Shown: positions 24,441 to 37,700 of the stretch, piece by piece
How the letters are laid out: every line of letters begins with the position of its first letter
Position numbering within the stretch: the first letter of the stretch is position 1
NCBI GenBank assembly: GCA_030704615.1
Contig: CM060732.1
Location: 64,728,001 to 64,792,000, forward strand
DNA: 64,000 nt
From: Takakia lepidozioides
Lineage: Eukaryota; Plantae; Bryophyta
Direction of reading: 5' to 3'
Notes under the pieces: model-generated
Told to the model about the DNA's origin: nothing
Database searches by the model: none
The model's input: the letters and a program-made list of their open reading frames with translations, nothing else
Made by a program: the position numbers and the translations under genes

Positions 24441-25870
24441 TAAACAACTCCTATAGTCATTTTCACTAGTTCACTAGTTCACTTTCTAGATAGTTCTGTA
24501 AATAGGTATAGCCACTGGTATAGCCATTCTCACTAGTTCACTAGTTGACTTTCGAGAGAGTTATGCAAATAGGTATAACCAACTGGTATAGATTTTCACT
24601 AAGGCCCTTTTTCCACGAGCGGCAGTGGAAGAGAGCGTCTGACACCCCTTCTTCCACCCACTTTTCCCAAGAGGAGTGCCACATATGCAACGGAAGATGT
24701 TCCGTTGCAGCAAACACATGAGCGGAAGTTGGTAGTCATTTCCGTTGGTGATAATTCGCAGATTTTCCTGATTTCGTGGAAACCATCGACGGCGCAGATC
24801 TCGGTTGCAACAAGCGATGGCGGGAAACTATGCGAGGCTGGGAAGAGCGATCGTCTTCTTCGAGCTTTGCTTCACCGCTTCATCCCGTAGGGCCCAAGCA
24901 TATTTCGACTACTGAACGATGACTCTAGCTGTAAAGAGTGCTTGCAGAAACTTTCGCAGAAGCTAGTATTCATCATTAGAATGCTGTAATTTGGTGTGGC
25001 TTAACATTAGCAATTTGTTTCAATCTTCCAGCATGGAAAAGCAAAAAAAAGAACTCTTATCCACACTAGCTGTGCAGATGTCTTTGAGGGTTGGGGTAAG
25101 GTGGGGCAATGGGATCATCGTGGTGCTTCTCAACAGGACTCAATTTCATACAGGTTCAACAGCTATAATCCAAAACCCGCAGTTTAGATCTGTAATTCCA
25201 AAGATTGTACCATATTGCAACTTTTTGTAACTCCATGACATGAAATTCCCATCGACAGCTTGCGATCAGACAGGGATTGTGAGAGTGAACACACTCAACG
25301 ATTGAGTGTGGACGGACGACCGAATAATAAGATGATCCACGGTGGACAAACGGATGGGTGGACGATGAAACGAAAAGTGGTTTTCGTCGGAGCGAATAGG
25401 GTTGTTGCTGTTTTCCCGCCTAATTCCTTCAAAACCGCAGGGTGGGTTTTGGCCCAACCTCTGGAAGGCCGAGTGATTTATTTGAGAGATCACTGATCTC
25501 CGCCGAAACCCGCCGAAACCACGCTGGATTCATCGGATATGTTCACTGAATGATGCAAATCTGTGGCATTTCCCAGTCAAAATTTGTCCATAGCACATTT
25601 CGTGACTTACAAGCATGTCTAAACAGAAATGGGCGGCGAATTGAACTTGAAGATATGTGGGGGCTCATGTGAGAAGATGCTTACATAGTCACGTTGCCTG
25701 GGTGGAAATCTGGTGCCTAGATTGATGAAGAGGTCCGTGTCAGGTGTTTGTGTATGCGAGAAACAAGGAGAGAAGCAGAAGAAAGAGGAGAAGGAGAAGA
25801 TCGGGAGCTAGAGCTACAGAGACTTTATGTGTTGAGGGAGTGCAATCTATGAGTTTGAAACGAAAGTGCT

Positions 25871-28354
25871 ATGGCGAAGAATACAGGGGGCCATGTGAGT
25901 CAAGCAGCAGAGGCGGGGGCAGTGCTTGATACAGAGTATGTTGGAGTATTCCAGCAGTTTTTAGAGCACCACCATGCTGAAGCTCTTGAATCGCTTCTTC
26001 TTGCAGACGACGACTCACGGCATTGCCCTCTCGTTGTTCAGTAAGTCCTCATTTTGGAAGAGAAAACATCAAAATTGTGCATTAGGTTGGAGGGTAGAAA
26101 TGGTTGTATGATTGTGTCGAGCCAACTTGGCAGAGGGGGAGGGAGAGAGGATAGAGTGAGGGAGGCAGGTCGTAAGGGGGGGGTTGAGGGAGACGAGAAG
26201 ACAGTCTGAATTGTGCTTTTCTTGGCACGTGCAAATTCTTCTGTTTGTGTTCGCCAAAATCCGGGAAGAAGTCTGAGGAAGAATCAATAAATGCTGGAAA
26301 GGTGGAGGGCTCAATGATGGATGCAATTCAAATTCAGGTTATGCTGTGCAGGTATTCTGAATTTTTGGATGCCAGCCCAGCTCTCGGCAACCTTCTGTAC
26401 TTCCATCCTGCCAAACTCCTTTCACTGTTCGATGTTGCAGCACGGGAGGCCCAGGTAACTTGACTACTTAAATTACTGCTTCAGGTGAATAGCTTTGGGG
26501 ACCCTTAATAAGGAGGGGCTCTGCTCTTTGGATTTGCAGGCTGTGGTTTTTTATTCTCATAAGCAGCCCAAAAGTATGTCTGTGAAAGATAATGTGCATG
26601 TTCGACTAAGTGTGCATGGCTCAGCTATGGAATGCCCTGGTATGTGCTATTTAAAACTTGGCTTCTTCTTTCATGTTGTGATGTGTCAGAGTAGACTGTA
26701 CTTAAGGAATTATATCTATACTCGGACGCATGTGTCTCTGAGCAGGGTGCTCAGTATGTGATGCACAGACTGAACCTCTTTAGTTGTGGGTTGGTTTTCT
26801 AAGGAAACAGTATCTTAGGTGTATGTAAAACCAGATGGAGATTAGAATTTTCTAAAGTGGAAAAATGACCACCCTGGCCATAACGGTACTTTATGCACAT
26901 AGCTGTCAGGTTCTTACAAAAAGTCAGAAAGCTAGTAAGAGAAGCCAGTTAAAGAGTCTATTGCAGTAACTCCTACATCCTTAAAGAAAGCACCCAAGTG
27001 TCTAAGCATAGCTATCAGAAATCCTGCTGGCTACAACCTCAAAGCCTTATCTGTAGTTGCAACTTCAGTTCTGACAAGTGAGGCTGAGAAAGTACTCAGT
27101 AGCTACTACCAGTTGCAGAGGCGATCACCCTCCCTTAATGCTGGTACCTGATGTCCTTCCACATCCCTTCTGCCTCTGTGCAAGGTCATCTGGAACTGAG
27201 TCAATGGAATCGGGGTTTGTATACTCTGTATCCTTATTTGTAATACCTCATTGAAAGCCAGCAGATGCAAGTGTTCATCTGCCTCCTCACTTCTGCTAAA
27301 TCTGTGTCCTTGCAGCCAATGTGGTAGTCCAGCTGGTAGCTGAGCTCTCATGACTGTCTCCCGAAATTCTTAGCATTGAGCATTCTTTAAGGCCTGTTTG
27401 GTTGTCTAGTTTTTTGATAGGCCCCCAAGCTCTGTGAGTTTCATGTGGAATTGTAAGTTTCCTTGTTTCTTTTAGTCTGTTCAGTGGACATGCTAAGTAC
27501 GTATCAAACTATTTTTCACCTTCCCTGCATGAGTGGTCACATACACGAGGTGCTTCTTAATAGTCAGACACTAAACTTAGGAACTGATGTGGGTCTTCTG
27601 CTAAATGACTGCAGCTAGGACCACAATACGTATGCTTGAAAGTTTGATCAGGCTTGCACAAGGTACAAGTGATATCTTGATTTTAAAAGTGTCCCTCCCT
27701 TTCTCTAGTAAAGTGACCCTTGAGTCTTCCAACACCGCCAGACATGCTTTTGTTTAACCAGCAGTATCGTCCAACCAGAGTTTCTGCCTGTATAGTTTAG
27801 CCAGCCAGCCGTATCTTACACGCTATACACTGTGGATTTTATGTGAATGTTTCTGTAAAGAAACTCATTTCCATTCCTTGTGCCTTTTGTATAGATCTGT
27901 AAACTGTTATGTGCTGCTCGTGTATACCCTCTTCATCCAGCACGCAATCTCTGCGGGCATGTGGGCATGTTTTGGTTTCAGCACATGCAAGGCTCATGTT
28001 CCAAAGGGAAGTGAGACAGGCCGATGCTATTGCGGCAGTTGTCTGCATGGAATCCTCCATGACAACATCAGCTATTCTAGATGGGATGGGCAACGCCCTT
28101 CATTCCAGCTTTGCGGAGAACCCAGACGAGGAATGTATCCAAACCAAATGATTGTTTTTGAACAATATCTGATATTCCAAACTTGGTGGTCCTTCTGCCA
28201 GTAATTACACTGAAAGGAAAAGTTTTCCTTCACCACAATCGCAGATACACAGCAAGAGCAAGCAATACTTACAAAGCTTAATCTGCTGGTCAGCAGTGCG
28301 TCCCATTTACGTCCCTGTCCTTTGTCAAACAAGGCCAAGGTTCAGACAGTTTGA
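25871..28354 (+). CDS. MCM9: MCM9-like gene, internally deleted (N-terminal helical region fused to the C-terminal lid; no OB/zinc finger/Walker motifs), 227 aa if spliced as modelled
   Basis: Exons 25871-26040, 26352-26454, 26540-26639, 27615-27662, 27982-28134, 28245-28354 (684 nt, in frame); motifs KDNVHVRL..MECP, ARTTIRMLESLIRLAQAHARLMF, ESSMTTSA..NALHSSFAENPD. Confidence 0.8.
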
Positions 28355-28579
28355 GAAATGGAGGGGTGGCCACTTCAGGTCACCAGCCAGCAGGGGAAGC
28401 ATCTGTCGTGCCTGGCATTTCCGAAAGAAAGAACTCCGAGGGTTTCAGATTCACATCTGCAACCGGGTGCTCATTTAACTCCAAGTAGGCTAATTCTAAG
28501 GCGGCTCAGAAACCTGTCAAACGTGACCAATGAATCCGTTGCCAATCAATCTGAAGGGACAGGTAAATAATGTCACTGA

Positions 28580-29800
28580 CAATCTTGGAGGACCTCACTA
28601 CAGAAAAGAATCCAGTTATCTGATTCGGAATGACAAACCTTGTTGATGGTCGTAAAGCTCTAAAATCAGATTATTCCTAGATTTGGATTATTCTGGAGTA
28701 GAAAGAATGCCCATGCATGTGAGTATTCAGGGAAAAAAGAAACGTGACTGAGAGAATGCGACTAGAGAAATGTGGCTGAGCACTTGACTGCAGTTGAGTG
28801 CTGGGGAAGGGAGTGCTACCTTCAGTCCCTAAATGCTTGCCCTCGGCAGTTGTATCTAATAATACCACTCAACTTGCGGTTAGAAGATTGTGTTGGGGTG
28901 AGGAAGACACATGTTTGGTTGCTTCAACGGAGTGAAACAGGTGAGACTCAATGCCAAAGCAGGTTGGATGTGTATCTTGGTTCATTGACGAGTAAATGCA
29001 CCCAGGTTCACAAAGTAAAAGGTTGAAAGCTACTGATGGAGTGGAGCGGGTATTTAGGTGCGGATGAGCTTCAAGGTAAGTCCCACCCAATCTGATGGCA
29101 GTACAGTAGCATACTGATTTTATCACCGCATTTCACAGTTTTGATCTCCATATGTGATCGATTTCATGTATGTATTAGGCGTCTAGCCCTCATTAACTAA
29201 CCTATGAGAGATTCCTTGGGGACATTGCAGTCTCCTTGTAGACTGGAGCCATAGAATTTAGGTTTTTGTTTGAAGTTATGACTTGTGTCAAGAGTTGGTT
29301 CAAGAGAGCTAAGATTGGTTGGATTCTAGGCTCTTTTATCAATCTCAACGCTTTCAGGTATTGGATGGTCACAACTACTGCACTGCAATGGAGCAAAACT
29401 TGGCTTCAGAGGATTATCCTTTCACATGCCAAATTTGTCTTTTCCCAAGTCAGTAGTGCACCACAGAGATGATAGAAGCTGGCCCTCCATCTTACAGGAC
29501 CTAGTTGATGATTACCTTCTCACTTAAGATTGCCTGCCAGTAAGGTTCTGGGATTTTCATCTCTCTTGATATGTGAATGCAGCTACTGCTCTTTATGCCA
29601 AAATGGGTGGATGATAATGCTCAAAGAAGCCCGGCCAAAGGGCAAGTGCAGCAGATCATGCTCACCCCCACAGAGGATGAGCTACCCCAGGGAAGCCAGT
29701 TTGGTGTCATTGAGAGGTTCAACTCATTTCAGACCAAATGTGTGTAAATCTGCCAACCAAAGAAAAGCTCTATATGTAAGTTCCGATATCTTTCCTTCTA
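28580..29800 (-). mobile_element. Highly degraded LINE remnant (L1-like)
   Basis: Patchy translations such as AFLW resembling the L1 C-terminal region; no intact frame. Confidence 0.35.
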
Positions 29801-30589
29801 ACGGATTTGTACCCAGCTTTGCATGGACTATAGGAACATGTTGGAGGGTGCATTGTATGTGTATGTAGATGTGTATAGTCATGGAGGTGCCAGCACACTC
29901 ACGATGGGAAAGAGGCTCTCTCCCATCAAGGGGACCGAACTCGTTATTTGGTTTTTCTACTGAAGGGGGCTTTTTGTTTTTTTGATTTTACTACATGGGC
30001 CCTTGGCCCCGCTGCAATGCTATTTTATTTCTTCATCATGGAATTTAATCGGGTTGCAGTGACAACCCTTAGATGTCGATGTGAGAGTGATATAGTGATT
30101 ACTCTCCATGGGAAGTGGCACTCATATGGAATGAGGAAGAGAAATACACTGTATCCTCGGGTGACCCTGGATTCTTCCCTCAATGAAGACCCTGGATTCT
30201 TCCCATTGGCCCCAAAGTGGGCTTTGCATAGAGCTGTTCTGTAAAACTCTGTAGATTAAGCTTTATCTCCTCTCCTAAATGTGCATGGGAACTCTGCTTC
30301 ATACATCTAGGAAGTGTGAGGCACCATCATGGTGGCCTTTGCTGGCACCCACCCATTTGAAAGCCCACTAAGGAGTCAGAAAGTGGCCCCACTGTGCCCA
30401 CCACGTTTACTCCAATGACATTTGACCCACCTCTCTTTTATATGCTTCTACACGGCAATTTTGGTGGTGAGGTGGATGCAGTTTGTTAAGAGCCAACACT
30501 GAGATGTGACAAGGTTCGAAAGAGCTTGACCAACCTCTGCTGTTTCCTCTGTCCTCCATCCTCCCTGAAGTGCCTCTAGATATTCATAA

Positions 30590-31570
30590 TAAGAGACCTC
30601 AGTGAGGGATCGCCTTTCCCCCCAAAAGGAACTAGTATCAGCCCCAGATCCCAGAGTAGAGATGACATAGGAAAATAAGCGATCTTCAGTATCATATCTT
30701 TTGTCTGCAGTCTCTTTCTGCAGGTTGTGAGTTCACCCTGAACCTTCGCGATGCTCATAGAAGAGATTGAGATAGAGTTGGAGAGACAAATACAAGTAAT
30801 TAGGCTGTAAGGTTATATCATAGCAGCGGACGAGGAAGTGTCATGGTAGAACTGCAGCTTTGTTGTAAGGGGGTCACTGATTTCGCGGTCTGTGGAACAT
30901 GGTACGGAGAACTCCACTTCACAAACATGCTGAGAAGGGTGTTTCCCACACGGACATCAGACTCAAAGCCAGCTTCAATGATATGGGCATGGACGTGAGT
31001 GCCATGTTCCAGATCTGCTATCCTGCCGCATGTGTTGAGGATACTAGCAAAGGTGACCTTGTCAGTGTCGAGTGGCTTTTACTCACCCATCCCTTTGCTA
31101 TCCGAGGTGGAAACTCCAAGATAGAGGTGACCAAGCTCTCCACAGAAATTACAAGGACCTATGACTCTAGGTCGAAATCCACCTCGTGCATGATCCTCAC
31201 TATGTTGAGATCGGAAACCACCCCGTCCAAGTTCGGTGCGGAGGAAATGCCGTCCCTGGTAATTTGGATGGTGATACGGTTTCGCATTCTCACCATTAGG
31301 GCTTCTGCACTGTCACTGTTACTCATGTTCTTGGCCCGAAATGCCAATTGTCCTTCTTCTTGCATCATAAGTCTGTTCCTGTCACACTTGGACAAGGTAT
31401 CCAGGTGTCCCCAGTTTTGTGGCAGTAGGGATTCAAGAGATAGGCAGTGGCGTTCAAAGAACCTGGAGACACAAGCACACCAGGGTGTCTTCAACCAGCC
31501 ACTTTTGAGTCTGATAGAGGTCGAGAGGGCCCAGCTGTTAACCACTCGGGGGGACAAGATGTCAACCTTG
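30590..31570 (-). mobile_element. Old LINE family A copy interrupted by a gene-fragment insertion
   Basis: WCACVSRFFERHCLSLESLLP..DRNRLMMQE and TTKLQFY..LQPNYL..RFRVNSHNL align to the 31856-33073 ORF. Confidence 0.7.
30912..31066 (-). pseudogene. PLS-class PPR repeat fragment
   Basis: DKVTFASILNTCGRIADLEHGTHVHAHIIEAGFESDVRVGNTLLSMFVK. Confidence 0.85.
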
Positions 31571-31736
31571 TCAAGATTATAAGTGAGTCGAAATTTGGCC
31601 TTGAAATGAAATGAAATGGTGCTTTATAACGTCCGCGGAAAGCTCGTAGAGCTTATGGGACAAAATGGAAGAAAACATGAGAGAGGAACAAATCCAGAAA
31701 CCACAATTAATGTTCTTTCCTTGAAAGAAAGGAAGA

Positions 31737-33510
31737 GAAATGAAATGAAATGAAATGAAATGGTGCTTTATAACGTCCGCGGAAAGCTCATAGAGCTTAT
31801 GGGACAAAATGGAAAGAAAAACATGAGAGAAAACAGGAAGCCAGAGAGATAAGAACTATTGTTCTAGTGATTGTCTAAGGGTGAATGCCTCGTGCAGGTA
31901 GGCTGCCAAACCTTTCTGATCTTCATAGTGAAAGACCTCAGTGAGAGATTGGGTTCCACGGAATAAACAATGGAATCTCCCACGTATCTCATAGTATAGG
32001 GGGCAATAGAAGAAGTGATCTTCAGTTTCAATTTCCTGGTTGCGCCCTATGCAAGCTGGACAGAGCCGGTCCTCCCGCTGCAGGTTTTCCCATCTGCCAG
32101 TCTCTATCCGTAGGTTGTGGGAGCCCACCCTGAACCGCCCCAAAGCCCTCAGGAGAGAAGGAGATAAAGAGGCCGAAAGGTAATTGGGCTGCAAGATTCT
32201 ATCATCTCGGAGAACCAGGAATGTTTCTCGATAGAAATGGAGCTTTGTCGTGAGGTTGGGTAACTTCCAAGTTCTCCTGACATGTAGCTCCATGAACTCC
32301 TTTCTGATGAGTTGGTTGCGGTCGTGCTTGGATGTGATGATCACCCCTTCTGGGTTCACTGGCAAAAGTGAAGCAATAGAGAGTCTATGGCATTCAAAAA
32401 AGGTATCCACACGAGCAAACCAGGATTTGAAGCCTGCATTTTTTAGTGTCATAGATGTTGTGAGGGCCCTGGCCACAAGTCCCTTGGGGGGAAGGGCTTG
32501 TAACCTATGCAGGAAGAGGGCCTCAGTTTGAAGTGGCACACAGGCGAATTCTGCATTCAGTATGTGAGATGGAGTTGTGCCGCTGGCGCCAAGCATTGCT
32601 TGGAGGAAAGATGACTGCAATGGTTCCAGATTCTTTTCCCACCAGGAAACTGGGACCATTGGTGCCCAAAATTCACAACCGAGAGTGGCATTTGGGGTGA
32701 CCACGCGATCAAACAGCCACTTCTTGGTAGGTGGATGGCGCAGGTGGATCTGTTTGCATTTGGCCTGAAGGCGGATGGAGGCTGCCTTGCCTTTTGTCAA
32801 TCTGTCCAGGGCAGTTGCTCCAAACTGGAATTTGGGGGAGTGGATAACCAGACCCAGATACCGGTAGGACTTGACTACTTCAACCTCCCGGTTGTTGAGG
32901 AAGAATTTGCGGTCGGCCTGCCCATTAAAAACCATGATCTTGGTTTTGCTAAGGTTGACTTGTAGCCCATAGTCTTTGGAGAACTGTTCCAGGATGTGAA
33001 GATGGCGTTGTAGGAAGACAGGACAAAAAGGCAACATCATCCGCATAGAGATCTGATTGTGTTGGTCCTCCATCCAACTCCAACTCCATGGTGTTTTGAG
33101 ATGTAGTTTTCCAAGGTGTCAATGTAGATTCCAAACAGGGTAGGTGAGAGGGGGCAGCCCTGTTTGACCCAATGTTGCTATGGACCTCAGCTGAGAATTC
33201 CCCTGCGACATTGACCATGCCAGTGACGATCTCATACATGGAGGAAATAGCATAGAGAATGTGTTGAGGGACTTCCACCTTCTGGAGCCTTTGGAAAAGA
33301 AGGTCACGAGGAACCGAATCAAAAGCCTTGTGAAAGTCAACGAAGTAGACGTAGACCAGTTTTTTGTCAAAGCTAGCCCGTTCCACCATAACCTGAATAG
33401 TCAAAATGTGGTCAAGAGTGGATCTGTTGCGACGGAAACCAGCTTGTCCTTTAGCACGTATGTGAGAGGATTCAGCCCAATCATCCAACTCCATGGCCAG
33501 AGAAAAATCT
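31737..33510 (-). mobile_element. 5'-truncated RTE/RTEX-like LINE (family A): RT plus C-terminal CCHC, 3' stem-loop and (CATTT)n tail
   Basis: QAGFR, FVDFHKAFDSV, YADD, YRYLG, RFRVGSHNLRIETGR..LCPAC..EDHFFYCP; frameshifts; an extra 3'-end copy at 31603-31700. Confidence 0.93.
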
Positions 33511-34363
33511 ACAACGTCCACAAGAGGCTTAAAGAGCTTATTGGACAAAAGAAAGGTACTATATGTAAATTGGCCAAAAACTAAACTTCAACATCAGCAG
33601 AATCTCTACAAAGGTGAAGGAAGGGAAAAGAACTTCATGTCCATGGGAGGCTCACATTGTTCTGTAGAATGGGGACATAAAATGATACAGCTGGGCCCTG
33701 TCAGAATTGCCCTTCCTGGTCAATTGGGGTGCAGACCTGAGTATCCAAGGTCCTGCAAGGCTTGGCAGATGTTCAAAGAGCTTATGGGATGATATAGAGA
33801 AATGAAATGAAATAGAAAGAAATTTTGTGTTGCCATCTCGCCTTCGGACAGTCCAAAGGGGAATAACCAAAGGGTGCCCAAAGGATGGTGGCCTGAGATA
33901 AAGCATGCAAGGCTTTGATTATTTGAGAGAAAAGAACATTGCAAGGAAAAACATAATGCAGAACTAAGAGTATGCCAGTGAAGGAACAGGAGAATCGAGA
34001 GTGAGGGCATTGTCAGTCAGCTGAATAGAGGAAAGGCAGCTCAAGTAAAGGCTTGATGCTATGGCCTCAAGAAACATCAACACCATGCAGAAGTGGATCT
34101 AAGCTTCAGTCCTTCAAACACGCAGTACTGCCCAGACTAGAGCCTGGAAGGGCTGGGTGGTCGAGTACAGATAGCCAGGAGCCCTCCAATGACTCGGACC
34201 AACTACCAAACTAGATATGCAAGCCAAATGAACTGACAAATTCCTGGATTTTTCCAGTTTGTTTCACTCCAAGTCACTGTTAGAGAATATCTTTCAGATA
34301 ATGCTCTGAAGATTAGCAGGACAAAGACATCTATATATACAAGAACAACAGATGATACTAGAG

Positions 34364-34595
34364 ACTTGGGCCAACGGCATAGGATACCCTAGAGGTCGCA
34401 CTTGGGCCTTGACATAGGAGACGCAATGGATACATAGAAGATTTTAGATGACATTGCACACTTGGGCCAACAGCACATGCTACCCTAGAGGTTGCATTTG
34501 GGCCTCGACATAGTATTCGCACTTGGATACATAAGGGATTGCACTTGGACTTAGATGGCACTGGACACTCGGGCCAACGGCACAGGCTACCCTAG
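34364..34595. repeat. ~100-bp tandem repeat (about 2.3 units) built from cacttgggcc subunits
   Basis: cttgggccaacggcataggataccctagaggtcgcacttgggcc recurs at ~34365, 34461 and 34568. Confidence 0.7.
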
Positions 34596-34707
34596 TCAGC
34601 AACACACCTACAAGCTAAATGTGCTGTCCTTTGAGGTGCTGCTTGTAGATCTCCTACAGTAAGTCTAAATTGAATGAAGTATAATCTAATTCTTGGTACA
34701 AGTTGTT

Positions 34708-37700
34708 CTATGTAGAAATGGCATCTGTTTGCTGAGGTGGGCCTTTGGGGCGATAAGGGCTGTCTTTACTCCTGGGTTTGCTTGGGCTCTTGCTGGTTTG
34801 CTGATGTAAATATGCTGCCAGGGGTTTGGGTGCTCGTGTCTTCCCATCAAAGCCCCTGACACAAATATATCCTGTACAGACAAGCTTTCAAGCTTCATCA
34901 GCACAACTAATGAAGGAGAGTTTTATCCACTCTCTCCTCTCTCTGCTCTTTTCAAGGAAAATAGCAATGGCACCCTCCTTCAAAATGTTGCTCTCTCCAG
35001 AATGCATGAGACCCTTGCCCTTTGGGTGATCTTTGGAGTGTTAACAGTAGTAGTAGCAGTAATAGTAGTAGAGTTCTTATAGTTTGTCTCTCAAGGTTGC
35101 ATGTGCTTTGGAGTTTGTGTCAATGTTGTAAAGTTCCTTTCCTTCCCTTTCATTTCCTTTCCTCATCTCTCTTTTCCTGGCTTAAAAATACAATGGAACA
35201 TTAGCAGTACAGAAATCCTACATATTGACTGCCAGTGCTAGTCGGTGAAATTTTCCTCAGACAAACATCACTGTGATGTACCTTACAGATGGACTTAAAA
35301 TCCAGTGTAAAAGATGCATGGCCAGTGGAGATAGTACAAACACTATTGTCATTCTCTGCTGGTTGTGTGAGGACTTCAAAGTCCTACTTTTGTTCTTGCA
35401 TCCTTCACAAAAAGTTGGACTTGGAACTTCCAAAAACTTTAGAAACAAAACAGCAGTAATGGCAGTCATTAGTATTTTACCTCGCCAAAAGCATGCTTGA
35501 ATCTCCTCAGTTGTCATACCTATTCATGTTTACCAAGCCCCATTAAGAATGTGCATGCACATTTCATAACTAAGTTTACCTGAAATGCATGAGGAACTTG
35601 CAAACATCTTCAAAAAATAGAAATGAAATGAAATGCTACTTTACAACATCCACGGAAAGCTCAAAGAGCTTATGGGACAAAAGGAAAAAATAAGAGAGAG
35701 GAAACACAACCCGAGTAAAAAAACAGCCCAACAGTAACTGTGGGCGCAAAGGATAGTCTAAGGAGGCCTTCTGTGGGTAAGCTGCCAAGCACTTCTGATC
35801 CTCATAGTGGAAGACTTCAGTGACAGATTGAGTTCCACGGAATAGACAGTGGAATCTCCCATTGATCTCATAATATAGAGGGCATTAAAAGAAGTCTTCT
35901 TCAGTTTCAATTTCCTGGTTGCGCCCGGTGCAAGATGCAAGCTGGGCATAGGTGGAGAAAGAAGGAAAAAGCAACAAATGACATGAAAGAAAATGGAACA
36001 TTCAGATTCCTAAACCTTATTAAGATGGTTGCATGCAAATTGCAACGACGTGAACTTGCAAACATCTTCCAAAAAGAGAAATGAAATGATGAAAGTGAGA
36101 AATGAAATGAAATGAAATGGAAACACTACAATGTTAAGGGAAGTGGAGCCTTAACAAGCAGCCTACAATAAATATTGAGATATTCTCTAAGCTGCAGAGC
36201 TTCATGAAGATATGCTGCCAAGCATTTGTGCTCCTCATAGTGCTTTGCTGGTGTCAGGGCTTGGCAGTCCCTGCACTGACAGTGTAGTAACCCTTGCTTT
36301 CATATTGGAGTGGACAGCCAAAGAAACATTTCAGTCTCAATCTCGCCTGCCTTCTGTAGGCAGGGCATGGGCATACAGCACATGCAAGTTATCCCATCTA
36401 TTTGTCTTCTGAGTACATTCTATCGTAGAGACTTTGTGATCCCACCCTGGACGTTCACAATGCCCAGGGAAGAGATGAAGGTGGTGTGCAAACAAGTACT
36501 GGCAGGATGATTCCATGATTGCAGAGGACCAGGAAGGTGTGAAATAGATCTGAAGTGTTGTTGTAAGGGGCCTTCTGATTTCTAGATCCGCTCGGCATGG
36601 AGTTCCATCCCCTCTTACATTACGAGCTTATCCTGGTCATGTTTGGAATGGATTTTAAGGCAGTAGGCCTGCAACCAGCATGTGGGCATACCAGCGTGAC
36701 CTTGACCCGGGTCATCAGAGCCAGGACTGGTAACCACTTAGGGAGGAGAGGTTCCAGTCTTTTCAAGAAGGTTGTTAGTCAAAATATGGCTTAGAGAGGG
36801 ATACACAAGAGGATAACTAACTGCATAAAGTTTGAACTAGGGTTGCGCTAAGAAATGAAGTGATACTTAACAATGTCCGTGGAAAGCTCAAAGAGCTTGC
36901 AGTACAGAAGAAAGCAGGATACAGATGAAATGAAATGAAACGAAATGGTACTTTATAACGTCCGCGGAAAGCTCCAAGAGCTATGGGAAAAAACCAGAGA
37001 GAGGAGATGAAATGAAATGAGATGGTACTTTATAACGTCCGCAGGAAGCTCCAAGAGCTTATGGGACAGAATGGAAACATGAGAGAGGAAATAAAACCAG
37101 AGCCAAACAAGTGGGAAGTGGAAAGCAAGTGGGCCCCCAAACAAGCAGCTCAAACCACGGAAAAACAGAAGGCATAAATAACACAAACATAAGTAAACAA
37201 GAATATGCATGTGGAAGTTCAAAGAACTTATAGACAAAGTGATGTATCATGCAAGAAGGAAGTGGCCCTTCAACAAGCCGCCCAGGAACAAACTATTCAA
37301 ATCAAGAGATTCACTAAGGTGAAGTGCCTCATGCTGCCAGGCATTCCTGGACCTTGTCATGAAAGACCTGAGTGAGAGGGATTGGCTGTCCCGGAATAGG
37401 CAATAGTATCAACCCCAGATCTCATGGTAGAGGACATTGGAAGGACAATGTCCTCACAGGGCCACAAGGGCCTATGGGACAGGGTAGAAGTAATCAAGAA
37501 TTAGCATACATCCAGTGTTGCCAGAACAAAAGAAAGAATAATGAACTGTTCACAGAAAATAGGATTATTTTTGCATCCGTGTGAGGCCCAAGGGTTTAAG
37601 AGACACAAGAAAAACAGAGAACCATAGAAAAACACAAGAACCAAAGAACAACGTAAGTGTTGCACAAAGGAAGAGTACCTAATGTAGATTCTTTGGAGAG

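Larger units (their letters stand above)
21060..24600. repeat. Degenerate ~55-65 bp tandem repeat (aggtatagccaactggtatagccattttcactagttcactagttgactttctaga) split by later insertions
   Basis: Units at 21060-21245, 21845-21915 and 24444-24600. Confidence 0.7.

Noticed and set aside
24600-24625. TAA-GGCCCTTTTTCCACGAGCGG, a possible second PIF terminus
   Set aside because: No matching inverted end found in the window
30899-31582. 227-aa + strand ORF and most other short ORFs in the track
   Set aside because: Antisense or off-frame shadows of exons, LINE and PPR fragments with no recognisable motifs
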